Assembly (NCBI GenBank): GCA_963813025.1
Contig: CAWEXO010000011.1
Coordinates: forward strand, 800,001-864,000
Origin: an uncultured Verrucomicrobiae bacterium
GTDB taxonomy: Bacteria; Verrucomicrobiota; Verrucomicrobiia; Chthoniobacterales; JAFAMB01
Length of the DNA stretch: 64,000 nt
Direction of reading: 5' to 3'
Shown: positions 28,420 through 38,679 of the stretch, in pieces
How positions within the stretch are numbered: position 1 is the stretch's first letter
Layout: each line of letters opens with the position of its first letter
Translations under genes and position numbers: made by a program
The notes under the pieces: model-generated
The model's database searches: none
Told to the model about the DNA's origin: nothing
The model's input: the letters and a program-made list of their open reading frames with translations, nothing else

Positions 28420-29027
28420 ATGAAACAGATCCCTATAATGCGCTCGATCGAGCGTGTCCCCGGTGGATTGATGGTGGTCCCCTTGCTTATTGGTGCAACC
28501 ATCGTCACTTTCGCGCCCGGCACCTCGAAGTTCTTCGGATCCTTTACCGAGGCCCTCTTCAGCGGTGCGCTGACTGTCCTCGCGGTTTTTTATGTGTGCA
28601 TGGGCACGACCATCGAATTGATCGCAACACCTTACATTCTCAAAAAGGGAGGCGCGTTGCTCATCAGCAGATTCTCTGCAGTCTCGTTGTTGGAATTGTC
28701 CTCGGCCGGGTGCTAGGCGAAAAGCCGATTGGAGTTGGTCTTTTTGCGGGCCTATCCACGCTCGCGATCGTTGCCGCGATGAATGACACCAACGGAGGCT
28801 TGTACATGGCATTGATGGGCAAATATGGTCAAGCGCGCGATGTCGGCGCCTACTCGGTGATGACCATCGAGAGCGGTCCTTTCCTGACCATGGTGACGCT
28901 CGGCGTTGCTGGCCTGTCCGCTTTCCCGTGGCAGACTTTGCTTGGTGCCGTCCTGCCACTGCTTGCCGGGGTCGTCATCGGCAACCTCGACCCGGATTGC
29001 CGAGCATTTTTCGGCAGAGCCGCTCCG
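28420..29027 (+). pseudogene. kdgT: 2-keto-3-deoxygluconate permease, frameshifted (~28670) and 3'-truncated
   Basis: [17 protein letters not shown] in one frame, then [16 protein letters not shown]...D.GA and ESGPFLTM in another; similarity ends at FFGRAAP. Confidence 0.85.
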
Positions 29028-29796
29028 CCACGCTGCAACCGGCGTGGAGGCCGTGGTCTGTGACGCGAAAACCGAGGACGACCTGCGCGCGATTGCCGAG
29101 GCCGCAGCGCAGCTGTGCCAGCCCGCGGTTTTCGCCGGCTCTGCCGGGCTTGCGCGCCACCTGCCTCTGGCATTCGGCTTGGCGCAAAAGAGTGAGTCTC
29201 CGTTGAACCTCGAATCGATAAAGATCGCAATCGAAGAAAGAGAACCGGGCACGCCGGAATCTCACCGGCCGCTGTTGTTCGTCGTCGGCAGCATGTCGCA
29301 GGTCTCGCGCGAGCAGTTATGCAACCTGTTGGATCAATCCGGTATTCGTGCGCTGACTCTGTCGCCCACGGCGTTGCGTGAGAGGCCGAGCTCCGTGGCA
29401 TGGCGGAATACCAGGCGGCTCCTGGACGAAGCGCTAAGCGGCAGTGATGATGTCGCGCTCGCCCTCGGCCTCGATGAAGGGATCAATCCAGGCGAGGGCG
29501 CGTTTCTGTGCAGTGCGCTCGCGCAACTCCTCCTGCCATTGGATCGGCGCTTATGCGGGCTGTTCTGCACCGGCGGCGAGACTGCGCGCTCACTGCTGAA
29601 TGCTGGCGGCGCCGTAGGCATCCGGCTTGTTGGTGAGGTCGAGGCAGGTATACCATTGGGCACAGTAGAAGGTTGGCACAATCTGCCGATCATCACCAAG
29701 GCCGGTGCCTTTGGCAGTCCACGAACCCTCGTACACTGTCGCGCGGTGCTGCAGCGCTTTCTCCGCCAGACGAACCGAACCAACTTACTCTTATGA
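29028..29796 (+). pseudogene. C-terminal part of a four-carbon acid sugar kinase (DUF1537/DtnK family), N-terminus missing
   Basis: VVCDA.TEDDL, AGSAGLA, VVGS.S.VSREQ, TGGETA, ITKAGAFG; no N-terminal ADD.TGA or KK.DS motifs and no own start. Confidence 0.8.
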
Positions 29797-30806
29797 ACGA
29801 CACTTTTTTACCAATCATTGGCATCACGATGGGCGACGCCGCAGGCATTGGGCCGGAGATCATCATCAAAAGCCTTGGCCACGTGGACCTGTACGAGCGC
29901 TGTCGTCCATTGGTCATTGGCGATGCCGGCCGATTACATGAGGCGGGACGCATTGTCGATTCTACGCTGGAGGTAAACGCGATCGATCGTCCTGACGATG
30001 CGAGATTCAAGTTTGGTATCGCCGATTGCATCGACCTGAAGCTCATTCCCGAAGGACTGCCTTGGGGTCAGCTCTCGCCGATCTCCGGTGATGCGGCCTA
30101 CCAATACCTGGCTCGCGCCGTTGAGTTGGCGAAGAGGGGAGAAATCGACGCCATCTGCACGGCACCGCTGAACAAGGAAGCGCTGCATGCCGGGGGCCAC
30201 ATCTTCCCGGGCCACACCGAGATGCTGGCCCACTTAACCGGCACACCGGAGGTTTCGATGATGCTCTCTACGCCGAAACTCAAGGTCATCCATGTCACCA
30301 CGCACATTGGTCTGATCGACGCTATCGCCAAAATCGAGCCGGGCTTAATCGAGCGCACGATCGGCCGCGCTCAGGAAACATTGATCCGCGCCGGAATCCC
30401 ACACCCGCGCATCGGTGTTTGCGGCATCAATCCGCATGCGGGTGAGCACGGTCTCTTCGGATACGGCGAAGAAGAGTCGAAAATCGAGCCAGCGGTACAC
30501 GCTTGCCAGGCGCGTGGGTGGGACGTCCAGGGACCGCTTCCGGCGGACACACTCTTTTTCCGCGCCGGCCGCGGCGACTTCGACATTGTCGTGGCGATGT
30601 ATCACGATCAGGGTCACGGCCCGGTGAAAGTGCTGGGCATCGAGGCTGGGGTAAATATCACGGTCGGTCTGCCGGTGATCCGCACCTCCGTCGACCACGG
30701 CACCGCCTTTGACATTGCCGGCACCGGAAAGGCCGACGAGCGGAGCTTGTTAGTGGCTCTGTCGCAGGCGATCGAACTCGCGCCAAAGAAAGACGAAAGA
30801 CCGTGA
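29793..30806 (+). CDS. pdxA: PdxA-family dehydrogenase (PdxA2, D-threonate/erythronate-4-phosphate type by context)
   Basis: ITMGDAAGIGPE, TAPLNKE, GHTE, NPHAGE, PADT.F, MYHDQG, RTSVDHGTAFDIAG; ATGA overlap with the kinase remnant. Confidence 0.95.
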   Translation: MNDTFLPIIGITMGDAAGIGPEIIIKSLGHVDLYERCRPLVIGDAGRLHEAGRIVDSTLEVNAIDRPDDARFKFGIADCIDLKLIPEGLPWGQLSPISGDAAYQYLARAVELAKRGEIDAICTAPLNKEALHAGGHIFPGHTEMLAHLTGTPEVSMMLSTPKLKVIHVTTHIGLIDAIAKIEPGLIERTIGRAQETLIRAGIPHPRIGVCGINPHAGEHGLFGYGEEESKIEPAVHACQARGWDVQGPLPADTLFFRAGRGDFDIVVAMYHDQGHGPVKVLGIEAGVNITVGLPVIRTSVDHGTAFDIAGTGKADERSLLVALSQAIELAPKKDERP

Positions 30807-30928
30807 TCAAACAGAGCGATCGGGTCTTTCACGATCGCTCTCGGTTTGCCCTAAGATGTAATTTGTGGTGCACCAGGTAAATTGAGCGGTCGCGGGCGGC
30901 GCTTACTCCGATGTCCGGCTCCTCCTTC

Positions 30929-31684
30929 CTAACTCGTGGCGATCAGCCAGGGGAGCGTGAGCAAAGCGGCACTGGCCACCGCAGTCAGATAGACCAGCAC
31001 CGGATTAAATTGCCGGATGCCGAGATCAATGACCGCATAAAATGCGCAGACGCCAAATGCTCCGCGAGCGATCCCGCGGAGAACGCTTGCCGCGGCGGCC
31101 GGCCCTTGGTGAAAATGCACAAAAATACAGAGCGGCCACGCGACAACGGGGACCGGCGATAATATTCCGCTCAGGGCAGGGCCGAGCACCCGAGCACTGA
31201 ATGTCACGAAAATGACCAGGCAAGTCGCGGTCGCCGCGCGCAATGGTAGATCCCAGCTCGGGTACTCGACCTTGGCTGGTACCGAGTCACCCGGCGCTAT
31301 CACCAGCAGAGCGGCCAATACGCTCGCCAGGGCTAAGCCGACAGCGAGGAGCAAACCCGGATGCAAGGAGTTCAAGAAAGTTACCGCAATCGCAAAGCAA
31401 ACAATTCCGGCTGTGGCGCAGAGATGGATTGACCCGCGACCAGCGAAACAGCTGTACCCCATTGAAAACCAGGCTACCCCGGCGACCGCAACCAATGAGG
31501 GAGTCGCCGCTTCCGCCGCAAAGTTCGGTCCCTGCTCCAGAAAGAGAAAAATTGAGATTGGCCCCGAGGTAAGAGGCAAACCGGCCAACAAACCGCCGAT
31601 CGCAGGACCCCAGCGTCGCGCCGCAAGCGACACGAGCCACATCAGGAGGGGCGTTAGAGTCAGTTTTAACAGGAACAGTGTCAT
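30929..31684 (-). CDS. integral membrane protein with two-fold internal repeat
   Basis: ARRWGPAIGGLLAGLPLTSGP / ARVLGPALSGILSPVP, about 8 TM helices. Confidence 0.8.
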   Translation of the reverse strand: MTLFLLKLTLTPLLMWLVSLAARRWGPAIGGLLAGLPLTSGPISIFLFLEQGPNFAAEAATPSLVAVAGVAWFSMGYSCFAGRGSIHLCATAGIVCFAIAVTFLNSLHPGLLLAVGLALASVLAALLVIAPGDSVPAKVEYPSWDLPLRAATATCLVIFVTFSARVLGPALSGILSPVPVVAWPLCIFVHFHQGPAAAASVLRGIARGAFGVCAFYAVIDLGIRQFNPVLVYLTAVASAALLTLPWLIATS

Positions 31685-31734
31685 TCCGGGGCAAATCTCC
31701 GTGACGGACTTGATTCACGGCGTAACAAGGGCCA

Positions 31735-31956
31735 ATGGGAAGAATGCGTAGCGGTTCATCAATTTTTTCCTCGGCGTGCGGAGCACTGCTTTTTCCAGTT
31801 ATGAGCCGAGGGGTTACTCACCTGACCGGCTGGCCAACTTTAGCCGATAGCGTCGTTCCGCAGACTGTGCCGATGCCTCCCGCGATCGGCTGGGCCCTCG
31901 TCTGTGTCGGGACGGTGATGCTGTTTATGGGTCTGCGCGGTCGCCGGAGTCGATAA
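31735..31956 (+). CDS. small hypothetical membrane protein
   Basis: Two hydrophobic segments and a basic C-tail; fills the gap between flanking genes. Confidence 0.45.
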   Translation: MGRMRSGSSIFSSACGALLFPVMSRGVTHLTGWPTLADSVVPQTVPMPPAIGWALVCVGTVMLFMGLRGRRSR

Positions 31957-31975
31957 AGAGGCGCCGCTCCTTGCG

Positions 31976-32575
31976 CTAGCTATCCCACTTTCTGTCGTCC
32001 GGCGGATTCCGATCGAGGGTCGAACCCTGCGTTAAATCTTCGTAAGATGTCACCAGAGATTCAAAGGCGGGCAGCGAGTTCTCGAAGCTCGACTGGTCCC
32101 GTGCCGATAAGGTAATAAAATCGATCGTCTTGCGGCCCTGGACATAAGCAGTGGCCTCAAAATTGTTGAATTGATCGCCGGTAAAGTAGTAGACGCGCGC
32201 TTTGCTGGCGTCCTGTGTTGTCAGGGTCCGCACATAATGAGCTTGAACACCGAGGCTGCCTTGGGCACGGAATGCGCTCAGGGTGTCTTTCACCTGGTCC
32301 TGGATCGTGTGGATCGAATTCTTCATCGTTCGGACACGCACGTAGCAGACGGTCTTGCTGGTGTCCCATTGGGAGTCTTTCGGGTAGAAAACGACATTGA
32401 GTCCCTGGTCCCGGCCAACTTGATTGTCCAAGACCCAGCCGTGAGGGGCTTTCACTTCGAACGCGTAACCTTGTCCGTTGACGACCGTGTATCCTTCGAG
32501 GATCTGCTCAGCCAGCAGGGCGGTCGGGAAAAGTAGTACGAGGAGTGCGGCAGAAAGAGAGAACTTCGAAGTCAC
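31976..32575 (-). CDS. hypothetical secreted protein
   Basis: Clear signal peptide; globular AP.GW-containing domain. Confidence 0.75.
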   Translation of the reverse strand: MTSKFSLSAALLVLLFPTALLAEQILEGYTVVNGQGYAFEVKAPHGWVLDNQVGRDQGLNVVFYPKDSQWDTSKTVCYVRVRTMKNSIHTIQDQVKDTLSAFRAQGSLGVQAHYVRTLTTQDASKARVYYFTGDQFNNFEATAYVQGRKTIDFITLSARDQSSFENSLPAFESLVTSYEDLTQGSTLDRNPPDDRKWDS

Positions 32576-32919
32576 TTGTCAGATATCAATCGATGGGATG
32601 GTCACGACGGCCAACAAGGGCGTCAGCGGTGAGATTTTAGCTGAACAGTGGAAAGGTGCAACCACGCTTCCTGGTCGATTGAGCTGTGCACATCGCCTGG
32701 CATAACAAATTGGACAGCGAACGCGCTATCGAAGGCCTCGATCGTCATATTCCTACCTCACCCCGACCCTCCGGGACGGGATCTTCATTGATGACGCCAT
32801 ACATCGTCCCTGCAGGACTAATACATTGTCCGCGCGCACTCCAAGACACTCCTCCGAAGTTATCGCGTCAGGTCTAAACCTTACCTTCAACTGTCCAATG
32901 GTGGTACGCTCAAGGCACA

Positions 32920-33684
32920 ATGTGCCTCGAACGCCTGAAGCTGATAGTCGCCTTCGACGGTCGGAACTTCAGCGGCTGGCAAAGCCAACCGAATCGGAAC
33001 GGGATCCAGGACCACCTGATCGCCGCTTTCGACAGAATTCTCGGACAGAGATCGGCAGCTACATCTGGTGTCAAAGTCCACGGCGCCGGCCGCACCGACG
33101 CCGGGGTCCACGCGTTGGCTCAAGTCGCACACGCTGATGTGCCCGTTGGCCGGTTGACTTCCACCGCCTGGCGAAACTCACTGAACGCGGTACTATCCCC
33201 GGAGATCAGGATTATCGGGGTCCGGCCAGTGCCCTTTTCCTTTCACGCGCAGCATTCCGCTGAGGGGAAGGTATACCGCTACCGGATCTGGGTCGGTCAA
33301 GTCCTTCCTCCTCTTGAGTTGGGAAGAGCCTGGCATGTGCCGCAACCTATGTCGTTAGAGGCGCTGCTGGCGGCGGCGGCTCTGCTGGAGGGAACCCACG
33401 ACTTCGCGTCATTCGCGGCCAACCGGGGTCATCCTGAAAAATCTACTGTCCGAACGCTCTTTCGCGTAAAAATCCGGAAGCGCGGTTCGCTTCTGTGGTT
33501 AGAGTTTGCCGGAACAGGTTTTCTTTATCGAATGGTTCGGATGCTTACGGGAAGCCTGATCCAGGTTAGCTGCGGTCGTTCGGGCCAGGAGTGGTTCAAA
33601 GACTTGTTCGAAAACCCGGGAAAGCGAAAGACCAACTATCTGGCTCCCGCTCACGGACTGTACCTGGTGCGCGTGATCTATTAG
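32920..33684 (+). CDS. truA: tRNA pseudouridine(38-40) synthase
   Basis: FDGRNFSGWQ, GAGRTDAGVHA, GTHDF.SF, FLYRMVR, APAHGL.L. Confidence 0.97.
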   Translation: MCLERLKLIVAFDGRNFSGWQSQPNRNGIQDHLIAAFDRILGQRSAATSGVKVHGAGRTDAGVHALAQVAHADVPVGRLTSTAWRNSLNAVLSPEIRIIGVRPVPFSFHAQHSAEGKVYRYRIWVGQVLPPLELGRAWHVPQPMSLEALLAAAALLEGTHDFASFAANRGHPEKSTVRTLFRVKIRKRGSLLWLEFAGTGFLYRMVRMLTGSLIQVSCGRSGQEWFKDLFENPGKRKTNYLAPAHGLYLVRVIY

Positions 33685-33722
33685 TTACGAGTCCTCGAGT
33701 CCCGAGCGACGCAGGCGGAGCG

Positions 33723-34142
33723 TTAAGGCGACAAAATTGAATCCAGATAGCTTTGCAGAAGGATCTGCGCCGCAACCTGATCAATGACTTTCCTACTTTT
33801 CCGAGAATTCTTGCCCGCCGATCGCAAAGCTTTTTGCGCTTCCGCGGTTGTGAGGCGTTCGTCCCAGAGAACAATCTGGCAAGCAGGCAGAGCCTCGGTC
33901 AGCTTGCGTTTGAATTCTTCGGCCTTTTGAGCAGCTGGGCCGCGCGTACCGTCCAGCTTGAGCGGTAACCCGATAACAATTCCGCCGATCCGTTCACGTT
34001 CGGCAATCGACCGGAGCTCGGGCACTAGTCCCGGGCCGCTCTCCAGGGTGCGGAAGGGCAAAGCTACCCCCGTAAACTCATCGGATAAAGCCAACCCGAC
34101 CCGGACATCCCCGAGATCGAGACCCAGCCAGCGTTCACTCAT
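33723..34142 (-). CDS. ruvX: RuvX/YqgF resolvase-like nuclease
   Basis: LGLDLG..RVGLALSD, VIGLP, WDERLTT..A, DQVAAQILLQSYLD. Confidence 0.95.
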   Translation of the reverse strand: MSERWLGLDLGDVRVGLALSDEFTGVALPFRTLESGPGLVPELRSIAERERIGGIVIGLPLKLDGTRGPAAQKAEEFKRKLTEALPACQIVLWDERLTTAEAQKALRSAGKNSRKSRKVIDQVAAQILLQSYLDSILSP

Positions 34143-35200
34143 TGGAGATTCTCAGGCAGAGTGGCCACCAAGTGCTTCAGGCGCTCAACTTCGTGCCGGT
34201 TACACACCAGAATCGCATCACGAGTCTGGACAACAATCAATCCGTTCACCCCGAGCAGCGCGACATGCGCTCCGGAATCAGAGAAAACGATATTTTGCGA
34301 AGCATCCTCGGCGGTCAATTGGCAATTGGTTGCATTTTCGCCGGGAAAAGAGTCGAGATATTTGGCGATCGCCGTCCAATTCCCCACATCATCCCACTCG
34401 AAACTGGCCGGCTGCACGAGAACCCGGCGCGCCTTTTCCATGATCGCGTAATCGATGGAGATCTTGCGCAGCTTAGGAAATCTCTCGCGGACGACCTGCG
34501 CTCGATTGGGAGTATGGCGGAGGGCCGAGGCAAACTCCGCCAGATCCGGTGCATGTCGATTCAACTCGGCCAGAATCGCTTTGATCGTCCAGAGAAAGAT
34601 CCCGGCATTCCAGTAAAAATTGTGGCTTCGAACAAAACTCTCCGCCAGGTCCGGATTGGGTTTTTCGCGAAAGCGCTGCACTTCGTAGATCTCGGGGCCA
34701 AGATCGGACAAGCGGCGGCCGCGTTCAATATAGCCAAAACCAGGGCAAGCCCAGGTTGGCGTGATCCCGATCGTCACGAGATCGCCGGTAGCCGAGGCAA
34801 CCGAGGCAGCAGAGACGAGATCTCCACGAAAAGCGGATGCGTCTGGGATACGATGATCGGCCGGTAACACTACCATCGTCGCGCTGTCATCGCGCCCGGC
34901 GACGAGACCGACTCCAAGAGCGATGGCTGCGGCGGTATCCCGTTTGGCCGGTTCAGAGAATATGTTCTCCACCGGATGTTTGGGAAGAAGTTGCCGAACG
35001 GTGCGCTCCTGTTCCTCGTTCGTTAGAATGAGAATGTTTTCTGCAGGAAGTAATCCATCGAGCCGCGCCACCGTTTCTTCCAGGAGCGTGCGATCGCCAA
35101 ATAAGCGAAGTAGTTGCTTCGGGGAGGTCTTGCGGCTGAGCGGCCAGAAACGCATGCCGCTTCCTCCGGCCAGGATTAGTGCGTATAGAGAAGTGGACAC
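34139..35200 (-). CDS. manC: mannose-1-phosphate guanylyltransferase
   Basis: ILAGGSG.RFWPLSR...PKQ, PADH, FREKP, WNAGIF, SIDYAIMEKA, WDDVGNW; no PMI domain. Confidence 0.93.
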   Translation of the reverse strand: MSTSLYALILAGGSGMRFWPLSRKTSPKQLLRLFGDRTLLEETVARLDGLLPAENILILTNEEQERTVRQLLPKHPVENIFSEPAKRDTAAAIALGVGLVAGRDDSATMVVLPADHRIPDASAFRGDLVSAASVASATGDLVTIGITPTWACPGFGYIERGRRLSDLGPEIYEVQRFREKPNPDLAESFVRSHNFYWNAGIFLWTIKAILAELNRHAPDLAEFASALRHTPNRAQVVRERFPKLRKISIDYAIMEKARRVLVQPASFEWDDVGNWTAIAKYLDSFPGENATNCQLTAEDASQNIVFSDSGAHVALLGVNGLIVVQTRDAILVCNRHEVERLKHLVATLPENLQ

Positions 35201-35210
35201 GACGGATTAT

Positions 35211-35470
35211 AGCTGAACAGCTGAGCAGGGGACAGTCAATTGAGCGGCGGGAGCGGCGGGAGCGGTTTCAGCGGCCGGATGTAGCGCAAGAGCAGTGGGA
35301 GCTGGCAGTTGGTCGAAAGCGCACCCATTGAACAGATGTCGCGATGCCGTTCCAAAAGCCGTTGAAACAAATCTGGCAACTTTTGAAACTGTCCAGCTAC
35401 ATCCCTCCGCTGAAACCGCTCCCGCCGCTCCCTCCGCTCAATTGACTGTCCCCTGCTCAGTTGTTCAGCT
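35211..35470. mobile_element. ~260-bp palindromic MITE/REPIN-like element
   Basis: ~75-bp imperfect inverted arms (agctgaacagctgagcaggggacagtcaattgagcgg... / ...ccgctcaattgactgtcccctgctcagttgttcagct) containing GAGCGGCGG units. Confidence 0.8.
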
Positions 35471-35764
35471 GCCAAGCGCATCTTCCTGCAAACCGGAATC
35501 CTCCCGAATCGACCGTAAACGCCGGCGAACCCCCAAGCGTGAGCGGGGTCCGTTCACCAGGTCGACGACCACCGCGATGACCAGGGGCGCGGTGGTGAGG
35601 GCCGCAAAGACGAATATGCTGACGACCGCCGGACTACGTTTTCGTTCTTCGATCTTACTAGCCAGCAAAACGCCGAGAGCGCAGCCTATCGCCGTTTGCG
35701 ACAATGAGAGCAATGCAGCCGAAGAAACGGTCAATGCGACAGGTTTACTTGGATCGGAACTCAT
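35465..35764 (-). CDS. hypothetical membrane protein (99 aa)
   Basis: ATG ORF with two TM segments and a charged C-terminus, co-oriented with neighbours. Confidence 0.7.
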   Translation of the reverse strand: MSSDPSKPVALTVSSAALLSLSQTAIGCALGVLLASKIEERKRSPAVVSIFVFAALTTAPLVIAVVVDLVNGPRSRLGVRRRLRSIREDSGLQEDALGS

Positions 35765-35770
35765 ACTGGA

Positions 35771-36384
35771 CAGCTGACAGATGATCAGCTGTGAGTCAAT
35801 CGAGCGGAGGGAGCGGCGGGAGCGGTTTCAACGGAGGGAGATAGCTGAACAGCTCAGAAGTTTCAGCTGGGATCCAACGGCTTTGAAAAGAGATGCGATG
35901 TTTGTTCGACCGATCGGCCTGAGATTGATTGTCAACTCCCGCTGCTCTCGCGCTACCTTCCGCCGCTGAAACCGCTCCGACCGCTCAAATGACTGACACC
36001 TGAAGAGCTGGCCAGCTGCCTAGAACAGCTCAGAAGTTTCAACTGAGATCCAACGGCTTTGAAAAGAGATGTGATGTTTGATCGACCGATGGGCCTTAGA
36101 TTAATCGTCAACTCCCGCTGCTCTCGCGCTACCTTCCGCCGCTGAAACCGCTCCGACCGCTCAAATGACTGACACCTGAAGAGCTGGCCAGCTGCCTAGA
36201 ACAGCTCAGAAGTTTCAACTGAGATCCAACGGCTTTGAAAAGAGATGTGATGTTTGATCGACCGATGGGCCTTAGATTAATCGTCAACTCCCGCTGCTCT
36301 CGCGCTACCTTCCGCCGCTGAAACCGCTCCCACTGCTCCCACCGCTCAAATGACTGACACCTGTTAAACTGGCCAGCTGCCTAG
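35771..36384. repeat. second copy of the palindromic element, containing a 3 x 176-bp tandem array
   Basis: gaacagctcagaagtttca starts at 35847, 36023 and 36199 (period 176); core is homologous to the reverse complement of ~35280-35405. Confidence 0.92.
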
Positions 36385-37316
36385 ATTTCCCAGGACCAAT
36401 CGCGTGGCCACGGAGCGCTCGTCTGGCTGTCGCGATTGCGTTTATCGGTAATCCGAATCTGGTTTTTTTCGTTCGTCACTAAAGAGTTCGGGGCGACGCT
36501 TTCCATCAAGAAAACATTGCCGCCAATCGTGGATCGCGCGCCAATTACCGTCTCTCCTCCCAAGATCGTCGCATTGGGGTAAATCGTTACCCAATCTTCA
36601 ACATTGGGGTGGCGCTTCCCTCCCTTCTTGATCTTACCGTGTTCGTCCTTCTGAAAGCTGCGGGCCCCCAAGGTTACGCCATGATAAAGCTTCACATGCG
36701 CCCCGATTTCACAGGTCTCACCGATAACCACGCCAGTACCATGATCGATAAAGAAGTAGCTCCCGATTTTTGCGCCCGGATGGATGTCGATCCCGGTGCG
36801 GCTATGCGCCCACTCGGTCATCATCCGAGGAATGAGAGGGAGTTTTTCCTGGTAAAGAACGTGAGCCAATCGTTGGATGGCGATCGTTTCGAGGCAAGGA
36901 TAGCTGACGATGATCTCTTCGTAGCTGGTGCTGGCTGGATCGCCTTCGTAAGCGGCCTCGACATCTGTTCGCAGAACATTGCGGATGGCGGGTAACTGCT
37001 GCAGCAAGTGAAGGACAACCTCGTCGGCACGGCGGCTGGGGCATTTCGGCTCCTGCACGCGCAGGCTCTTAAAGGCTTCTTCCCGCAATCGGCCGGCGAC
37101 ATTTAGCAGACGCTCGGAAGTGATCTGTTGGATCTCGGCATTGGCAATCGGCTCCTCATCGTGAAAGCCTGGAAAAAGGATCTGCAGCAGAAGCGCGCAG
37201 ATCTGCTCGATCGCTCGCTTGGATGGCAGATTCGATCCGTCGATATTGTTGATCCCACCGATAGCGCGGTAGGAGTAGAGCACATCAGCGATCAAAGGAA
37301 TAATGCGCTTCTCCAT
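36381..37316 (-). CDS. cysE: serine O-acetyltransferase (CysE/EpsC type)
   Basis: AAYEGDPA, TGIDIHPGAKIG, FFIDHGTGVVIGET, YHGVTLG, KRHP. Confidence 0.95.
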   Translation of the reverse strand: MEKRIIPLIADVLYSYRAIGGINNIDGSNLPSKRAIEQICALLLQILFPGFHDEEPIANAEIQQITSERLLNVAGRLREEAFKSLRVQEPKCPSRRADEVVLHLLQQLPAIRNVLRTDVEAAYEGDPASTSYEEIIVSYPCLETIAIQRLAHVLYQEKLPLIPRMMTEWAHSRTGIDIHPGAKIGSYFFIDHGTGVVIGETCEIGAHVKLYHGVTLGARSFQKDEHGKIKKGGKRHPNVEDWVTIYPNATILGGETVIGARSTIGGNVFLMESVAPNSLVTNEKNQIRITDKRNRDSQTSAPWPRDWSWEI

Positions 37317-37350
37317 CGGCGGATATCTTAGAGCATGATCGGAGAGTTCG

Positions 37351-38439
37351 CTACTGCTCGAGATGGGCGCCTTGGGAGGCTCGTGTGAGAATTTGGCTGC
37401 AGGTTGCGTGAGTCCTTTGCGTGTAGTCACTGGAGAGCTTCTCCATGATCGCCGGAGCCTGATCCAGGCGGACCAGCGAGATCGTCGAGCCGCCAAAACC
37501 ACCCCCGGTCAACCGTGAGCCCAGCACTCCAGGAATAGAAGCGGCGATGTCAACCAAGGCGTCGAGATGGGTTGTGCTATTCTCGAAACTTGTCCGGGAA
37601 CTGGCGTGCGATTGAAACATCAGTTGCCCAAACCGTTCGACATCGCCGGCGCGCAATGCGGTTGCTCCGGCCATGACTCTTTCATTTTCGCCAGTGATGT
37701 GGAGAGCGCGCCGCGCGAGGAGTGGTTCGAGTTGGGCCGCTTTTACCTGGGCCGAAGTCACCTCCCGAAGGCTGGGCACCTCGAGAAGCTCGGCCGCTGC
37801 CATACATTCAGCGTGACGCTGGTTGTACTCGCCACCAGTCAGTTCATGTGGAACACCGGAATTGGTGATAAGAAGCCCTAAACCCGGCGCTAAGGGTATC
37901 GTCTCCACCGAGGTCTTCTGGAAATCGAGAAGGATAACGTGGTCAAGCTGTCCGAACACCGATGAGGCTTGATCTAACAAACCACTTTGCACACCAACAA
38001 ACTCGTTCTCGGCGCGGCGGCAGACTTGGGCGAGAGTCATCGGATCGAGCGAAAAATCAAAAAGACGGCTCACCGCAAGACCCGTTGCCACTTCCAACGC
38101 GGCCGAGCTAGAGAGTCCGGCGCCAACCGGGAGATTAGCCGCGACCCGCAGTTCTATTCCGCTGATCGGCGCACCCATCTCGCTCAAGAATTTTATCACT
38201 CCGAGAGGGTAATTAGCCCATGATTCGCTTTTGCTTGGTGCTTTGAGGGGGAGATTCACTGCTAGAGAGCGCCCGTTGGTCTCCGAGCTAACTGCGACGA
38301 GATTATCCGGACGAGTGAGCCCGGCCACGGTCACACCTAGATGAATAGCCGCAGAAAGGACAAGGCCGCTATTGTAGTCAGTATGATTGCCCAAAAGCTC
38401 GACGCGGCCCGGGGCAAAGGAGGAAACGCGGTTAGGCAT
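37351..38439 (-). CDS. galK: galactokinase
   Basis: APGRVELLGNHTDYN, PVGAGLSSSAA, SGLLDQ, GSRLTGGGFGG. Confidence 0.95.
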   Translation of the reverse strand: MPNRVSSFAPGRVELLGNHTDYNSGLVLSAAIHLGVTVAGLTRPDNLVAVSSETNGRSLAVNLPLKAPSKSESWANYPLGVIKFLSEMGAPISGIELRVAANLPVGAGLSSSAALEVATGLAVSRLFDFSLDPMTLAQVCRRAENEFVGVQSGLLDQASSVFGQLDHVILLDFQKTSVETIPLAPGLGLLITNSGVPHELTGGEYNQRHAECMAAAELLEVPSLREVTSAQVKAAQLEPLLARRALHITGENERVMAGATALRAGDVERFGQLMFQSHASSRTSFENSTTHLDALVDIAASIPGVLGSRLTGGGFGGSTISLVRLDQAPAIMEKLSSDYTQRTHATCSQILTRASQGAHLEQ

Positions 38440-38644
38440 GAGCTGGATTTCTATCCATTAACGAGCGCATCTAGTCAAGCCGGCTGCGGGTGGAAGAAGC
38501 CTGACGAGCAACGGCCGGAACAGCGCCGGGTCGCTCGCTCCGCCCGGGTCGATAGCAGCACGGCTCAGCTCGGGACAAACGGTTAGTTTCAGATAATCCG
38601 AACTATCCAATCCACGGGGTTCTCATTGTTCAAGGACTCTAGAC

Positions 38645-38673
38645 TTGCAAATGGATAAACAGGAGCATAACTT
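38645..38673 (+). promoter_or_regulatory. putative sigma70 promoter
   Basis: TTGCAA-17 nt-TAACTT, 6 nt before GTG 38680. Confidence 0.55.
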
Positions 38674-38679
38674 GCGCCT

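Noticed and set aside
35847..36384. CRISPR array
   Set aside because: Whole 176-bp units repeat with no unique spacers, and there are no cas genes in the window.
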